Positions 49,404 to 59,226 of a stretch of DNA of 64,000 nt are shown piece by piece. This DNA comes from an uncultured Flavobacterium sp. (lineage in GTDB: Bacteria > Bacteroidota > Bacteroidia > Flavobacteriales > Flavobacteriaceae): the NCBI GenBank assembly GCA_964461805.1, contig CAYWVV010000008.1, positions 1,410 to 65,409 of the forward strand, in the 5' to 3' direction. The notes below the pieces were generated by a model. That model was not told the DNA's origin. It was given only the letters and a program-made list of their open reading frames with translations, and searched no databases. How positions within the stretch are numbered: the first letter of the stretch is position 1; the number at the start of each line of letters is the position of its first letter. The position numbers were made by a program, and so were the translations under genes.

Positions 49404-50321
49404 TTGCCCTCGATTAAAAATTCACTTTTGGAAACAAATACCATTAACCTAAAATCACTTTTTTTAGATTTTAAAGAAATCACCAAAGCAGGCTTAGCCA
49501 TAAGCGTGGTTTTTTCTTCTATTGTCGGGTATTTATTGGGGTTTTCTGAAACACATCCTTTTAGTATAATTACCCTTTTGCTATTAGCTATAGGTGGATA
49601 TTGTATGGTTGGTGCCTCAAACATTTTCAATCAAGTCATTGAAAAAGATTTAGATGCCAAAATGGAACGTACTAAAAACCGTCCTGTGCCATCAGGTAGA
49701 ATGTCAGTAAACAATGCTTTAACCTTAGGTTTCGTGTTAACGTTCGTTGGTTTAGTTGTTTTATATGTTATCAATCCGAAAACGGCTATGTTTGGTGCCA
49801 TTTCCATATTTATGTATGTAAGTTTGTACACGCCATTAAAAACATTAACACCTTTATCTGTTTTTGTCGGAGCTTTTCCTGGTGCTATTCCTTTTATGTT
49901 AGGATGGGTAGCGGCAACTGGAAGTTTTGGTATTGAAGCAGGAACGTTATTTTTAATTCAGTTTTTCTGGCAGTTTCCGCACTTTTGGGCAATTGGCTGG
50001 TTCTTATTTGAAGATTATGAAAAAGCAGGTTTTTTTATGTTACCAACAGGTAAACGCGACAAGAAAACAGCCATACAAATTATATTATACACCTTTTGGT
50101 TAATGGTGGCATCAGTGCTTCCGGTTTTTGGTTTTACTGGAAAATTACAGTTATCAGTGGTTGGAGCAGGAGCTGTTTTGTTTTTAGGAGTTTGGATGAT
50201 GTATTGGGCTTTTAAATTATATAAAAACAGGGATGCAAAAACTGCAAAAAAACTAATGTTAGTTAGCGTAACTTACATAACTTTGTTGCAAATCATTTAC
50301 GTGATTGATAAATTTGTTTAA
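49404..50321 (+). CDS. cyoE: Protoheme IX farnesyltransferase (heme O synthase)
   Basis: NQVIEKDLDAKMERTKNRPVPSG (UbiA-type Asp-rich motif), 9 TM. The start is uncertain: the track start is TTG 49404, which overlaps a TAtcTTTG box (49399-49406), so in-frame TTG 49428 is an alternative. Confidence 0.85.
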   Translation: MPSIKNSLLETNTINLKSLFLDFKEITKAGLAISVVFSSIVGYLLGFSETHPFSIITLLLLAIGGYCMVGASNIFNQVIEKDLDAKMERTKNRPVPSGRMSVNNALTLGFVLTFVGLVVLYVINPKTAMFGAISIFMYVSLYTPLKTLTPLSVFVGAFPGAIPFMLGWVAATGSFGIEAGTLFLIQFFWQFPHFWAIGWFLFEDYEKAGFFMLPTGKRDKKTAIQIILYTFWLMVASVLPVFGFTGKLQLSVVGAGAVLFLGVWMMYWAFKLYKNRDAKTAKKLMLVSVTYITLLQIIYVIDKFV

Positions 50322-50342
50322 ACACATAGAATAAATAAAAAA

Positions 50343-50927
50343 ATGGAAAGTATTTCGATACAAGAAGCTTACGATAAAAAAGCAAAAACATATAAAATGT
50401 TGTTGTATTTCGGTATGATTAGTATTATTATGATTTTTGCAGGTTTAACCAGTGCGTTTGTAGTTAGTAAACAACGCCCAGATTGGTTGAAAGATTTAGT
50501 CATTCCAGATACGTTTACTTATAGTACTATTGTTTTAATAGTTAGTAGTGTTACGTTCTATTTGGCCAAAAAAGCAATAAAAACAAATAATCAGTCTTTA
50601 ACTACAGTGTATTTATTAATCACTTTAGGGTTAGGTTTAACGTTTGTATTTCTTCAGTTCAAAGGGTTCGATTTATTGTTCAACCAAGGGCTAGTACCTT
50701 TTGGTTCTTCAAGTAAAGTTACCGTCTCTTTTTTGTATGCTTTCGTGTTTGTGCACGTTGCACACCTGTTTGGAGGTATGATTTCGTTAATTTATGTAAT
50801 TTATAATCATTATAAACAAAAATTCAATTCGTCGCAATGCCTTGGTATTGAACTAAGTGGCCTGTATTGGCACTTTATGGATTTTATTTGGGTTTACTTG
50901 TTTTTATTTTTCTATTTTTTCAAATAG
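50343..50927 (+). CDS. Cytochrome c oxidase subunit III-like protein (short form)
   Basis: 194 aa, 5 TM, C-terminal YWHFMDFIWVYLF motif. Confidence 0.7.
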   Translation: MESISIQEAYDKKAKTYKMLLYFGMISIIMIFAGLTSAFVVSKQRPDWLKDLVIPDTFTYSTIVLIVSSVTFYLAKKAIKTNNQSLTTVYLLITLGLGLTFVFLQFKGFDLLFNQGLVPFGSSSKVTVSFLYAFVFVHVAHLFGGMISLIYVIYNHYKQKFNSSQCLGIELSGLYWHFMDFIWVYLFLFFYFFK

Positions 50928-50938
50928 AAAAAAATCAA

Positions 50939-50946
50939 TAAATTTG
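50939..50946 (+). promoter_or_regulatory. -7 box (TAaaTTTG) upstream of coxIII
   Basis: TAnnTTTG match, 25 nt before the ATG. Confidence 0.35.
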
Positions 50947-50971
50947 GGAACTTTTTAACAATAACTATTTT

Positions 50972-51958
50972 ATGAGCGCTACGGTTAATAATGAACACGC
51001 TTTAGACGGAGGTCCAGGACCAATGGGAGCCACTTATGGTAAAATGATGATGTGGTTTTTCATCGTATCAGATGCTTTAACCTTTTCAGGTTTTATCGCT
51101 GCTTACGGATTTTCTAGATTTAAATTTATCGAAACTTGGCCAATCGCCGATGAGGTATTTACGCACTTTCCATTTTTACACGGTGTAAATGCACCAATGT
51201 ACTATGTGGCATTGATGACGTTTATTCTTATCTTTTCTTCAGTAACAATGGTAATTGCCGTTGATGCTGGTCACAAACTACAAAAAACTAAAGTGGCTGT
51301 TTACATGTTACTTACTATTATTGGTGGTTTTATGTTCTTAGGTTCACAAGCTTGGGAATGGAAAAACTTTATCAAAGGAGAGTATGGTGCTGTAGAAACT
51401 GCTGGAGGTTCTATTTTACAATTTGTAAAAGTAGATAAAACAGAAAAAACAGGGTACAAAAGAGTAAAATTAGAAGAGTTTGCTGCTACTTTGCCTGAAG
51501 TAAGAGAACAGTTAACTAGAGACAAAGGAGTTTGGTTTATGGAAGAAGACCATGAATTGCCTGCTTATTCAATGAATGAGGTAATGGCTGGTTTCAAAGC
51601 TCACCCTGAAATTTTAGTAAGAACTGAGTTCATAACTAAGAAAAAGGAAAAAACAGTTCTTACTCGTGAAGAATCTGAAAAAAAATTACAAGACGGAGTT
51701 CTTGTTGTGGAAGGTGCAAGTTTAATCAGAAACGAATACGGTCATAAATTATTTGCTGATTTCTTCTTCTTTATCACTGGTTTCCACGGATTCCACGTAT
51801 TCTCAGGAGTACTACTTAATATCTTAGTTTTCTTTAACGTATTATTAGGTACTTACGAAAGAAGAAAAAGTTATGAAATGATTGAGAAAGTAGGTTTGTA
51901 TTGGCACTTTGTCGATTTAGTATGGGTGTTTGTATTCACATTCTTCTATTTAGTTTAA
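50972..51958 (+). CDS. ctaE: Cytochrome c oxidase subunit III with ~120-aa hydrophilic insertion
   Basis: GSQAWEW ... FFFFITGFHGFHV ... YWHFVDLVWVFVF. The insertion spans roughly residues 135-258. Confidence 0.8.
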   Translation: MSATVNNEHALDGGPGPMGATYGKMMMWFFIVSDALTFSGFIAAYGFSRFKFIETWPIADEVFTHFPFLHGVNAPMYYVALMTFILIFSSVTMVIAVDAGHKLQKTKVAVYMLLTIIGGFMFLGSQAWEWKNFIKGEYGAVETAGGSILQFVKVDKTEKTGYKRVKLEEFAATLPEVREQLTRDKGVWFMEEDHELPAYSMNEVMAGFKAHPEILVRTEFITKKKEKTVLTREESEKKLQDGVLVVEGASLIRNEYGHKLFADFFFFITGFHGFHVFSGVLLNILVFFNVLLGTYERRKSYEMIEKVGLYWHFVDLVWVFVFTFFYLV

Positions 51959-51980
51959 TTTTTAGTAAAAAGAAAATATT

Positions 51981-52331
51981 ATGGCACACGCACATGAATC
52001 TAACATGAAAAGAATCTGGACAGTTTTCGGAATCTTATCTATCATAACAACGGTTGAGGTATATTTTGGTATCACAAAACCTGAAGCATTATTTTTAGGT
52101 ACTTTTTTAAGTATGAGTTTACTTAACTGGTTATTTATTATCTTAACAGTTGTAAAAGCATACTACATTATGTGGGCATTTATGCACTTAGAAGGGGAAA
52201 AGAAAAGTTTACGCTGGTCTATTGTGGCTCCATTAGTATTCCTAATTTTATATTTATGCTTCATTGTTTTAGTAGAAGCAGATTATATTTTTGAAGTATT
52301 TAAAAATTCTCATTACAAATGGATTTTTTAA
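51981..52331 (+). CDS. Cytochrome c oxidase subunit IV-family small membrane protein
   Basis: 116 aa, 3 TM, follows coxIII directly. Confidence 0.6.
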   Translation: MAHAHESNMKRIWTVFGILSIITTVEVYFGITKPEALFLGTFLSMSLLNWLFIILTVVKAYYIMWAFMHLEGEKKSLRWSIVAPLVFLILYLCFIVLVEADYIFEVFKNSHYKWIF

Positions 52332-52348
52332 CATAATTTATACTATTC

Positions 52349-52377
52349 AATCCCGACTAACGTCGGGATTTTTTTTT
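52349..52377 (+). terminator. Rho-independent terminator after coxIV
   Basis: aatcccgac-taac-gtcgggatt followed by T7. A TAccTTTG box (52377-52384) follows directly. Confidence 0.7.
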
Positions 52378-52409
52378 ACCTTTGTTTTTCAAAATTTAAT
52401 ATACTTATT

Positions 52410-53102
52410 GTGAAAAAATATCTAGTATTATCCGTTCTATTCATCTTGCCAATAGTGGCTTATATGTTTTTCGCAACCGCTTCACACAACTCTCTTTTTC
52501 TTCCTATTATTTCTAAAAATCACTCGGATATTCCAAGTCAATTTGTTTCCCTAAACAAGGAGAAAATTACTTTAGACCAAAACATTACGGTTTTAGGTTT
52601 TCCAGGATGTGATATCGACGAAGTAAAAGCCAATCTTTTCAATTTGAATCAGAAAATTTACAACAAATACGGCGGTTTCAAAGATTTTCAAATGGTAATG
52701 ATTTTGCCTGATGGCAATCAAGATAAAATTAAAGCCATCATGTTAGAGTTTAGAAGGTTGTCAAATGATTTAAAAAACTGGCATTTCCTTTTCGGAAAAC
52801 CTGAAGATATTGAAACATATTTTAATGCATTCAATTTCAAAAACAGCTTAAACGATAAAACTGGAACTTCTTTCGTGTATATTTTAGATAAAGAAAAAAG
52901 TCTTCGAGGAAGAAAAGGTCAGAAAATAAAAGGTAAAGTCGAATACAGAGAATGTTACAATACCATTTCTGCTGCCGAATTACACAATGAAATGTCTGAT
53001 GATGTGAAAATATTGCTACGTGAATATCGTTTAGCCTTAAAAAAGAACAAACGTAAAGACGATTTCAGAGACAAAATTGAACAAGAAGTCATAAAGAAGT
53101 AA
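52410..53102 (+). CDS. Hypothetical membrane-anchored protein (possibly degenerate SCO/thioredoxin-like)
   Basis: GTG start and an N-terminal TM helix. Size and position next to SCO suggest a thioredoxin-like fold, but there is no CxxxC. Confidence 0.45.
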   Translation: MKKYLVLSVLFILPIVAYMFFATASHNSLFLPIISKNHSDIPSQFVSLNKEKITLDQNITVLGFPGCDIDEVKANLFNLNQKIYNKYGGFKDFQMVMILPDGNQDKIKAIMLEFRRLSNDLKNWHFLFGKPEDIETYFNAFNFKNSLNDKTGTSFVYILDKEKSLRGRKGQKIKGKVEYRECYNTISAAELHNEMSDDVKILLREYRLALKKNKRKDDFRDKIEQEVIKK

Positions 53103-53219
53103 TCAGTCGCAGTTGTTAGTGGTCAGTTAAAGAATTTTAAACAAAGTTTATGTTTTCTTTTTTAATGATACTTCTTTTAATCAACAACTAGGTGTCTATG
53201 TGTTTAAAATAAAAAAATC

Positions 53220-53846
53220 ATGAAAAAAAACTCTTATATCGGAATTACGTTTATCGTTTTATTGTTCGGAATTTGGACAGTGAAAGAATTAACCGAAAAA
53301 TTTAAAGATAATGATTTAAAAAAACTAGCCAAAGTGCCCAGTTTCGAATTAACAGATCAAAATGGTAAGAAAATTTCAGATAAATCTTATTTAGGAAAAG
53401 TGTATGTAGTTGAATTTTTCTTTGCAAATTGCTTAACTATATGTCCAATTATGAATAAAAATTTAGTTCAAGTTCAAGATGAATTTTATGGAAATTTAAA
53501 TTTTGGTATCGCTTCAATTACTATAGATCCTGAACACGATACTCCAGCTTTTTTGAAGGAACACGCAAAAAAATTAGGAGTTAAGCATCCAAATTGGCAT
53601 TTTTTAAGTGGAGATTCAGAGTATATTATGAATTTAGCTAACAAAGGTTTTTATATTCAAGCAGGAAAAGACGCGAAAGCTCAAGGAGGATTTGGACATT
53701 CTGGACAATTTGCTCTTATTGACAAGGAAGGGAATATTCGTAGTAGAAAAGATAAATTCGGAAACCCAATTTTATTTTACGACGGTTTAGAACAAACTGG
53801 AATTAATGCTTTAAAAGAAGATATTAAATTATTATTAGAAGAATAG
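53220..53846 (+). CDS. SCO-family copper chaperone
   Basis: N-terminal TM helix, FFFANCLTICP (CxxxCP), conserved His region GHSGQFALID. Confidence 0.8.
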   Translation: MKKNSYIGITFIVLLFGIWTVKELTEKFKDNDLKKLAKVPSFELTDQNGKKISDKSYLGKVYVVEFFFANCLTICPIMNKNLVQVQDEFYGNLNFGIASITIDPEHDTPAFLKEHAKKLGVKHPNWHFLSGDSEYIMNLANKGFYIQAGKDAKAQGGFGHSGQFALIDKEGNIRSRKDKFGNPILFYDGLEQTGINALKEDIKLLLEE

Positions 53847-53935
53847 TTAGAAGAGCTAAGTAAAATGTCAAAAGGTATATGCAAAAGCTTTCGAACCTTG
53901 CGATTAACAATCAAGAATAAATAATAAAATATAAT

Positions 53936-54514
53936 ATGGAAAACAATACAGAAACAAAATACAACAAACTAATCACGGCCGTATCTATCATTATTCCAGT
54001 GGCAGTAGCAGCGTTATTTGGTGTGAATTTAAGAAAATTAGGCTACGATGTAGAACCGTTAAACTTTTTACCACCTATTTACGCAACCATAAACGGAATT
54101 ACAGCTGTATTGTTAATAATTGCTGTCTTAGCCATTAAAAACGGAGAAAGAAAGTTACATGAAAATTTAATGAAAACAGCCATTGCTTGTTCTATTGCGT
54201 TTTTGTTAATGTATGTAGCGTATCATATGACTTCTATTTCTGCAGTCTATGGTGATTTTAACCATAATTCGATATTAGATCCTTCAGAAAAAGATGCAGT
54301 TGGGTATACAAGATTATTGTATTTGTTTATTCTCATCACTCATATTTCTCTTTCTGTAATAATTATTCCATTAGTTTTAATTACGTATGTGAGGGCTTTG
54401 TCTGAACGTTTTGACAGACATAAGAAAATAGCAAAAATCACCTTCCCAATTTGGGTATATGTTGCCATTACAGGTGTTGTGGTGTATGTAATGATTTCTC
54501 CTTATTATGTTTAG
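53936..54514 (+). CDS. DUF420-family membrane protein
   Basis: 192 aa, 4-5 TM. This is the usual position in Bacteroidetes/Bacillus-type cox clusters. Confidence 0.6.
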   Translation: MENNTETKYNKLITAVSIIIPVAVAALFGVNLRKLGYDVEPLNFLPPIYATINGITAVLLIIAVLAIKNGERKLHENLMKTAIACSIAFLLMYVAYHMTSISAVYGDFNHNSILDPSEKDAVGYTRLLYLFILITHISLSVIIIPLVLITYVRALSERFDRHKKIAKITFPIWVYVAITGVVVYVMISPYYV

Positions 54515-54773
54515 TAAAGCAAAAAGTTGGAAGTTGAAAGTTGGAAGTAAAGCCGTAGTTTTTACTATTGCCTTATGCTTATTGCCTTTATTTTCAATTG
54601 GACAATGCGCAATGTGTCGCGCTTCCTTGCAAAATGAAGCGAATAAAGCCGCAGCAGAAGGTGTAAACGACGGAATCGTATATTTAATGGCAATACCTTA
54701 TATTCTTGTTGCTGGTGTATTTTACGCGGTTTACAGATTGAAACAAAAGAAGAAAGAAAAAATAACTTCATAA
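54507..54773 (+). CDS. Small membrane protein with CAMC motif
   Basis: ATG overlaps the DUF420 stop (ATGTTTAG). N-terminal helix, GQCAMCRASL, C-terminal TM plus a Lys-rich tail. Confidence 0.45.
   Translation: MFSKAKSWKLKVGSKAVVFTIALCLLPLFSIGQCAMCRASLQNEANKAAAEGVNDGIVYLMAIPYILVAGVFYAVYRLKQKKKEKITS
54526..54546. repeat. 7-nt tandem repeat (gttggaa gttgaaa gttggaa) inside the 5' end of the small CDS
   Basis: Read directly. Confidence 0.7.
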
Positions 54774-54812
54774 AAAAATCCCGACTCGCTTTAAATAGGT
54801 CGGGATTTTTTT
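54774..54812. terminator. Bidirectional rho-independent terminator
   Basis: aaaaaatcccgac ... gtcgggattttttt. Confidence 0.7.
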
Positions 54813-54818
54813 ATATCC

Positions 54819-54874
54819 TAAATCCAAAATCGTAAATCCAAAATCGTAAATCCAAAATCGTAAATCGTAAATAC
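54819..54874. repeat. 14-nt tandem repeat (taaatccaaaatcg x3 plus degenerate units)
   Basis: Units at 54819-54832, 54833-54846 and 54847-54860, then taaatcg/taaatac. The array ends 2 nt from the stop (54877-54879) of the minus-strand gene. The unit differs by 1 nt from the 10526 array. Confidence 0.9.
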
Positions 54875-54876
54875 AA

Positions 54877-56268
54877 TTAATCCATTCCGTCAATCGTAAT
54901 TTTCATCGTACCTGTAGAAGTGATAAAAGCTACAATTCCTTTTTCGGTAAGTTCCATTTTTTCAAAGATGAAATCGTTTAATTTTCCATTTACGAAAACG
55001 CCTTTCATGGGTGAATAATTCGTTAAATACGGTAACATGTTTTTCTTGCCTTCGTCTAAATTCGGTTTGATAGAATATTTACAACTTTCTTTAATCTTAT
55101 TTAAAATCATACCTTGTAGCAACCAATTTGCAGTACGAGTTAAAATACCTTTTGTATTTAAAACATAATCCATTTCTTCAAAATATATTTCCTTAGTTTC
55201 CGGATTGTATTTCGGAATTCCAGCTAAATAAATCGTACCGTTTACCGAACCTAACATATCTAAAGCAATAATCATTTTGCCATCTTTATACCATAAATCC
55301 ACTTTTTGAACCGTGATTTTTCTTTTTCCAGAACCAAATTCTTGACCCATGAAGTTTTTGGTCATAATTCGACTTGCACTTTCATAGGTAGAAACCGCAG
55401 CTACAGAAGCATTAAAATCAGAAGGGATTTTAGTTACTGCTTTCGAAGTAATTTTAGTTCTGTCAAATCCGTTTTTTGGTTTTTGTCCGATTAATGTTTG
55501 CATCTGACATTTCATTCCTAAATTCATTGTTATTTTAGAATGACTCATCACAGCATTCGTACTATAAATTTCATTCGGAACTAATTTAAACCAAGTTTCA
55601 TAGGTTTCATTCGCCATAAATGGAGTAGAAATAGTTTCTAAAACATCCATTACTTGTTCTTTAAAATCACAACTTTTATTAATAGCTTCATCAATCATTT
55701 TAGCTACTTTTCCTTTAAAAATTGATAAAGTTGGATTGATGATATAGGTAATCGGAACATTTTTTCCAGCAACCAAAATACTCGGACTTTCGCTCCATTC
55801 AAAATCTTCAATTTTAGATGTGGTGTTCAATTTCCAATTCGCAAAATTAGCTTTACTGTTTAAAGTTATCGTGCCATTTAAATTGATTTCTCTCGTATCG
55901 TTTAAGCCCATAAACTCGGTACCGTATTTTATTTTTGCCCAAATTTTTAATGGAATAACAGAAACTATTTCTCCGTTTTTCTCTACCAATTTGATGTCAG
56001 ACGTTTTCCAAATTTTCATTTCTGTTTTATCATCATTTAAAATAGTATCGTTGTAAATTAATCCTTTTAAATTTTTATTTAAATGGTATTCAATTTCTTT
56101 CATGCTCACTTCCATTGGCATGGAAATTAGCGAAGTTTTGTTACTATAAACAATTGGGGCGTTATTAGTTGGCTCTGGTTTCAAAGCTTCAATCTTTTTA
56201 GTCGAGCTACAACTAAAAAGCCCCATAGTTAAGATTCCGAAAAGCAAAATTTTAATTTTTATGTTCAT
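54877..56268 (-). CDS. Lipoprotein, DUF4403-like
   Basis: Lipobox GLFSC, 463 aa. Family assignment is from memory of similar Bacteroidetes proteins. Confidence 0.45.
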   Translation of the reverse strand: MNIKIKILLFGILTMGLFSCSSTKKIEALKPEPTNNAPIVYSNKTSLISMPMEVSMKEIEYHLNKNLKGLIYNDTILNDDKTEMKIWKTSDIKLVEKNGEIVSVIPLKIWAKIKYGTEFMGLNDTREINLNGTITLNSKANFANWKLNTTSKIEDFEWSESPSILVAGKNVPITYIINPTLSIFKGKVAKMIDEAINKSCDFKEQVMDVLETISTPFMANETYETWFKLVPNEIYSTNAVMSHSKITMNLGMKCQMQTLIGQKPKNGFDRTKITSKAVTKIPSDFNASVAAVSTYESASRIMTKNFMGQEFGSGKRKITVQKVDLWYKDGKMIIALDMLGSVNGTIYLAGIPKYNPETKEIYFEEMDYVLNTKGILTRTANWLLQGMILNKIKESCKYSIKPNLDEGKKNMLPYLTNYSPMKGVFVNGKLNDFIFEKMELTEKGIVAFITSTGTMKITIDGMD

Positions 56269-56445
56269 TGTGATCGTGTTACAAAAGTTTCAATTGGTTT
56301 TAGTACTTAAACGCTAAGGAATTCAAAATATTGTTTCCTGAAAATTCTTGGTTTTTAGAGTTTATTCCGCCATAAAAGTAAAATTTTAATTGTAAAGTGT
56401 AACATTTTTTTGAAAAATTGGTCAAATAGGAAAATAATAATTATA

Positions 56446-57813
56446 ATGAAGTCAGTACAAGTAGTTTTTGTATTATTTTTAGTAAGCGCTGTGTCTTTTG
56501 CCCAAGAAAAAAAATGGACATTAAAAGAATGCATCAATCATGCTGTAAAAAATAATATTTCAATAAAACAGTCAGAATTAGATTTACAAACTACCGCCAT
56601 TTCTAAAAAAGATGCGATAGGTAATTTTCTACCCACTTTAAATGGAAACGCCTCTCACGGTTGGAATTTCGGATTTAGTATCAACCCAATTACTAACGAC
56701 AGAACCAATCAAACGAATCAATTTTCTAGTTTTGGTTTAAATGGTGGTTTTGATGTTTATAAGGGTTTACAGAATGTCAATCAGTTGCGAAAAGCGAATT
56801 TGTCTATCATTGCATCGCAATATAAATTGACAAAAATGCAAGAAGATGTAGCTTTAAATGTGGCGAATGCGTATTTGCAAATCTTGTTTAATAAAGAAAA
56901 TTTGAAAGTACAAACTGTGCAAAATTTATTAGATACAAAACAGTACAATAGAACCCTTCAATTGGTAGATGCTGGAAATGTACCTAAAGGCGATTTGTTA
57001 GACATCCAAGCTACAATGGCATCAGGAAAACAACGTGTTATTGTTGCTGAAAATGCTTTGATGTTGTCAAAATTAAGTTTAGCCCAATTACTACAAATTC
57101 AAGATTTTCAAAATTTTGATGTGTCAGATAGTGATATTCCAACTCTATTGTCTACTATTTTAAATGAAACACCAGAAGCAGTAATTGCTAAAGCCAAAGA
57201 AAGTAGAACAGAATTAAAATTAGCGAAAGCCAATTTAGAAATTGCTAACAAAGACATTCAAATTGCAAAAGGAGCATTTCAACCTTCTCTAACTGTAAAT
57301 TATGGTTTAAATTCAAATATAAGTTACAATAAAATACCTTTTTTAAATTCAGGAACCGGACAAATAGATTACAACAGAGCGAGTCCGTTTTTTAAACAAA
57401 TGGAAAATAATTTTGGTCAAAACATTGGAATTTCTTTAAATATCCCAATATTTAACGGATTTGCAACTCGAAATAATGTACAAAGAAATAAAATAAATTA
57501 CGAAAAAGTAAAACTAAACCTTTCACAACAAGAATTAGATGTGGAACGAAATGTTTTTACAGCTTATACCGATACAAAAGCAGCTAAAGAAAGTTATGAA
57601 GCCGCTTTACAAATTGAAAAAGCTCGTGAATTAGCGATGCAATACGCAAAAGACAGATACGAAATTGGAATGATGAATATTTTCGATTACAACCAATCAC
57701 AAACTGCTTTCGTTAACGCACAATCAGAAGTTTTAAGAACCAAGTACGATTATATTTTTAGAATTAAAATTTTAGAATTTTATTTCGGAATTCCACTTAT
57801 AGAAAAACAATAA
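56446..57813 (+). CDS. TolC-family outer-membrane efflux protein
   Basis: Start moved to ATG 56446, giving signal peptide MKSVQVVFVLFLVSAVSFAQ. Two OEP repeats, with the typical LTLKECINHAVKNN opening. Confidence 0.8.
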   Translation: MKSVQVVFVLFLVSAVSFAQEKKWTLKECINHAVKNNISIKQSELDLQTTAISKKDAIGNFLPTLNGNASHGWNFGFSINPITNDRTNQTNQFSSFGLNGGFDVYKGLQNVNQLRKANLSIIASQYKLTKMQEDVALNVANAYLQILFNKENLKVQTVQNLLDTKQYNRTLQLVDAGNVPKGDLLDIQATMASGKQRVIVAENALMLSKLSLAQLLQIQDFQNFDVSDSDIPTLLSTILNETPEAVIAKAKESRTELKLAKANLEIANKDIQIAKGAFQPSLTVNYGLNSNISYNKIPFLNSGTGQIDYNRASPFFKQMENNFGQNIGISLNIPIFNGFATRNNVQRNKINYEKVKLNLSQQELDVERNVFTAYTDTKAAKESYEAALQIEKARELAMQYAKDRYEIGMMNIFDYNQSQTAFVNAQSEVLRTKYDYIFRIKILEFYFGIPLIEKQ

Positions 57814-57817
57814 AGCC

Positions 57818-59143
57818 ATGTCAAGAAAAAAATTATTTATCATTTTAGGAAGTGTAGCTGCCGTTATTGCGCTATTAATTGTTCTGAAAAAATCAGGAAA
57901 AATTGGAAATAGCGACGACGGTAAAGTGGTTGAAGTTTCTAAAGCAGAAACAATGACAATTGTTGAAACGGTTTCAGCAACAGGAAAAATTCAACCAGAA
58001 GTTGAAATTAAAATTATGCCAGAAGTTTCAGGTGAAGTGATTGCTTTAAATGTGAAAGAAGGGCAAGAAGTTAAAAAAGGACAATTGTTAGTAAAAATCA
58101 ATCCAGATATTTACACTTCTGGGGTGGATAGAACCGTAGCGTCTTTATCTACTTCTAAAGCTGGCGTGAGTCAAGCCGATGCTCAAGTTAAAGAAGCGAA
58201 AGCGAACTACGATAGAAATAAAAAATTATTCGATAAAGGTGTAATTTCTCGTTCTGAATGGGATAGAATTGTTTCTGCTTATGAAGTGGCAGTTGCAAGT
58301 AAACAATCTGCCTATTACCAAATGAAATCAGCTTCAGCTAACGTAACTGAAGCTAGTGATAATTTAAAAAGAACTACCATTTTCGCACCAGCAGATGGAA
58401 CAATTTCTAAATTAGATATCGAATTGGGAGAAAGAGTTTTAGGACAACAACAAATGGCTGGAACGGAAATGATGCGTATTGCCAACTTAAACAATATGGA
58501 AGTTGAAGTGGATGTAAATGAAAACGATATTGTAAAAGTAAGCATTGGTGATTCGGCAAAAATTGAAGTGGATGCGTATTTAAAAAGAAAATTTGATGGA
58601 GTAGTAACAAGTATTTCTAACTCGGCTACAACAGGATTAACTGCAGATCAAGTAACTAATTTTAAAGTAAAAGTAAGATTGGTTAAAGAATCGTATCAAG
58701 ATTTATTAAATGGAAAACCAGTAAGTTATTCGCCTTTCCGTCCAGGTATGACGGCTACAGTTGATATTGAAACCAAAAGAAGTACGAATGTTTTAGCAGT
58801 GCCAATTAGCGCCATCGTTATTAAAGACGATACTACTTCAACTAAGAAAGATATTGTGGCTGAAATAGAAAAAGAGGAAGCTGAGAAAAAAGGAAAAGCA
58901 CCTAAAAAAGACATCAAATTCGAATGTGTTTTTGTAAAAGTTGGTGAGAAAGCTAAAATTAGAGTGGTGAAAACTGGAATTCAAGATGATACAAATATTG
59001 AAATTTTATCCGGATTGAAAAAAGGGGATGAAATTATTACTGGACCGTATACTTTAGTTTCAAAAGAATTAATGCCAAATGATAAAGTTCGATTAGAAAC
59101 TAAATCGGATAAAGATAAAAAAGCAAAAGAAAATAAAAGTTAG
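57818..59143 (+). CDS. Efflux periplasmic adaptor (HlyD/MacA/RND-MFP family)
   Basis: N-terminal TM helix, lipoyl/barrel-sandwich hybrid (GEVIALNVKEGQEVKKGQLL), coiled-coil hairpin, beta-barrel. Confidence 0.8.
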   Translation: MSRKKLFIILGSVAAVIALLIVLKKSGKIGNSDDGKVVEVSKAETMTIVETVSATGKIQPEVEIKIMPEVSGEVIALNVKEGQEVKKGQLLVKINPDIYTSGVDRTVASLSTSKAGVSQADAQVKEAKANYDRNKKLFDKGVISRSEWDRIVSAYEVAVASKQSAYYQMKSASANVTEASDNLKRTTIFAPADGTISKLDIELGERVLGQQQMAGTEMMRIANLNNMEVEVDVNENDIVKVSIGDSAKIEVDAYLKRKFDGVVTSISNSATTGLTADQVTNFKVKVRLVKESYQDLLNGKPVSYSPFRPGMTATVDIETKRSTNVLAVPISAIVIKDDTTSTKKDIVAEIEKEEAEKKGKAPKKDIKFECVFVKVGEKAKIRVVKTGIQDDTNIEILSGLKKGDEIITGPYTLVSKELMPNDKVRLETKSDKDKKAKENKS

Positions 59144-59165
59144 TTGTAAAATTGATTTTGATTTT

Positions 59166-59196
59166 AAAAAGACACAAGAAATTGTGTCTTTTTTTT
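59166..59196 (+). terminator. Rho-independent terminator after the adaptor gene
   Basis: aaaaagacacaa-gaaa-ttgtgtcttttt followed by a T-run. Confidence 0.7.
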
Positions 59197-59226
59197 GTTT
59201 CTTTGTATCACTAAAATAGTATTAAA

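Noticed and set aside
49211-49831. Track ORFs 49211..49417 (+), 49385..49630 (-) and 49631..49831 (-)
   Set aside because: The first reads through the REP copy and spacer hairpins. The other two are antisense to the well-supported heme O synthase gene.
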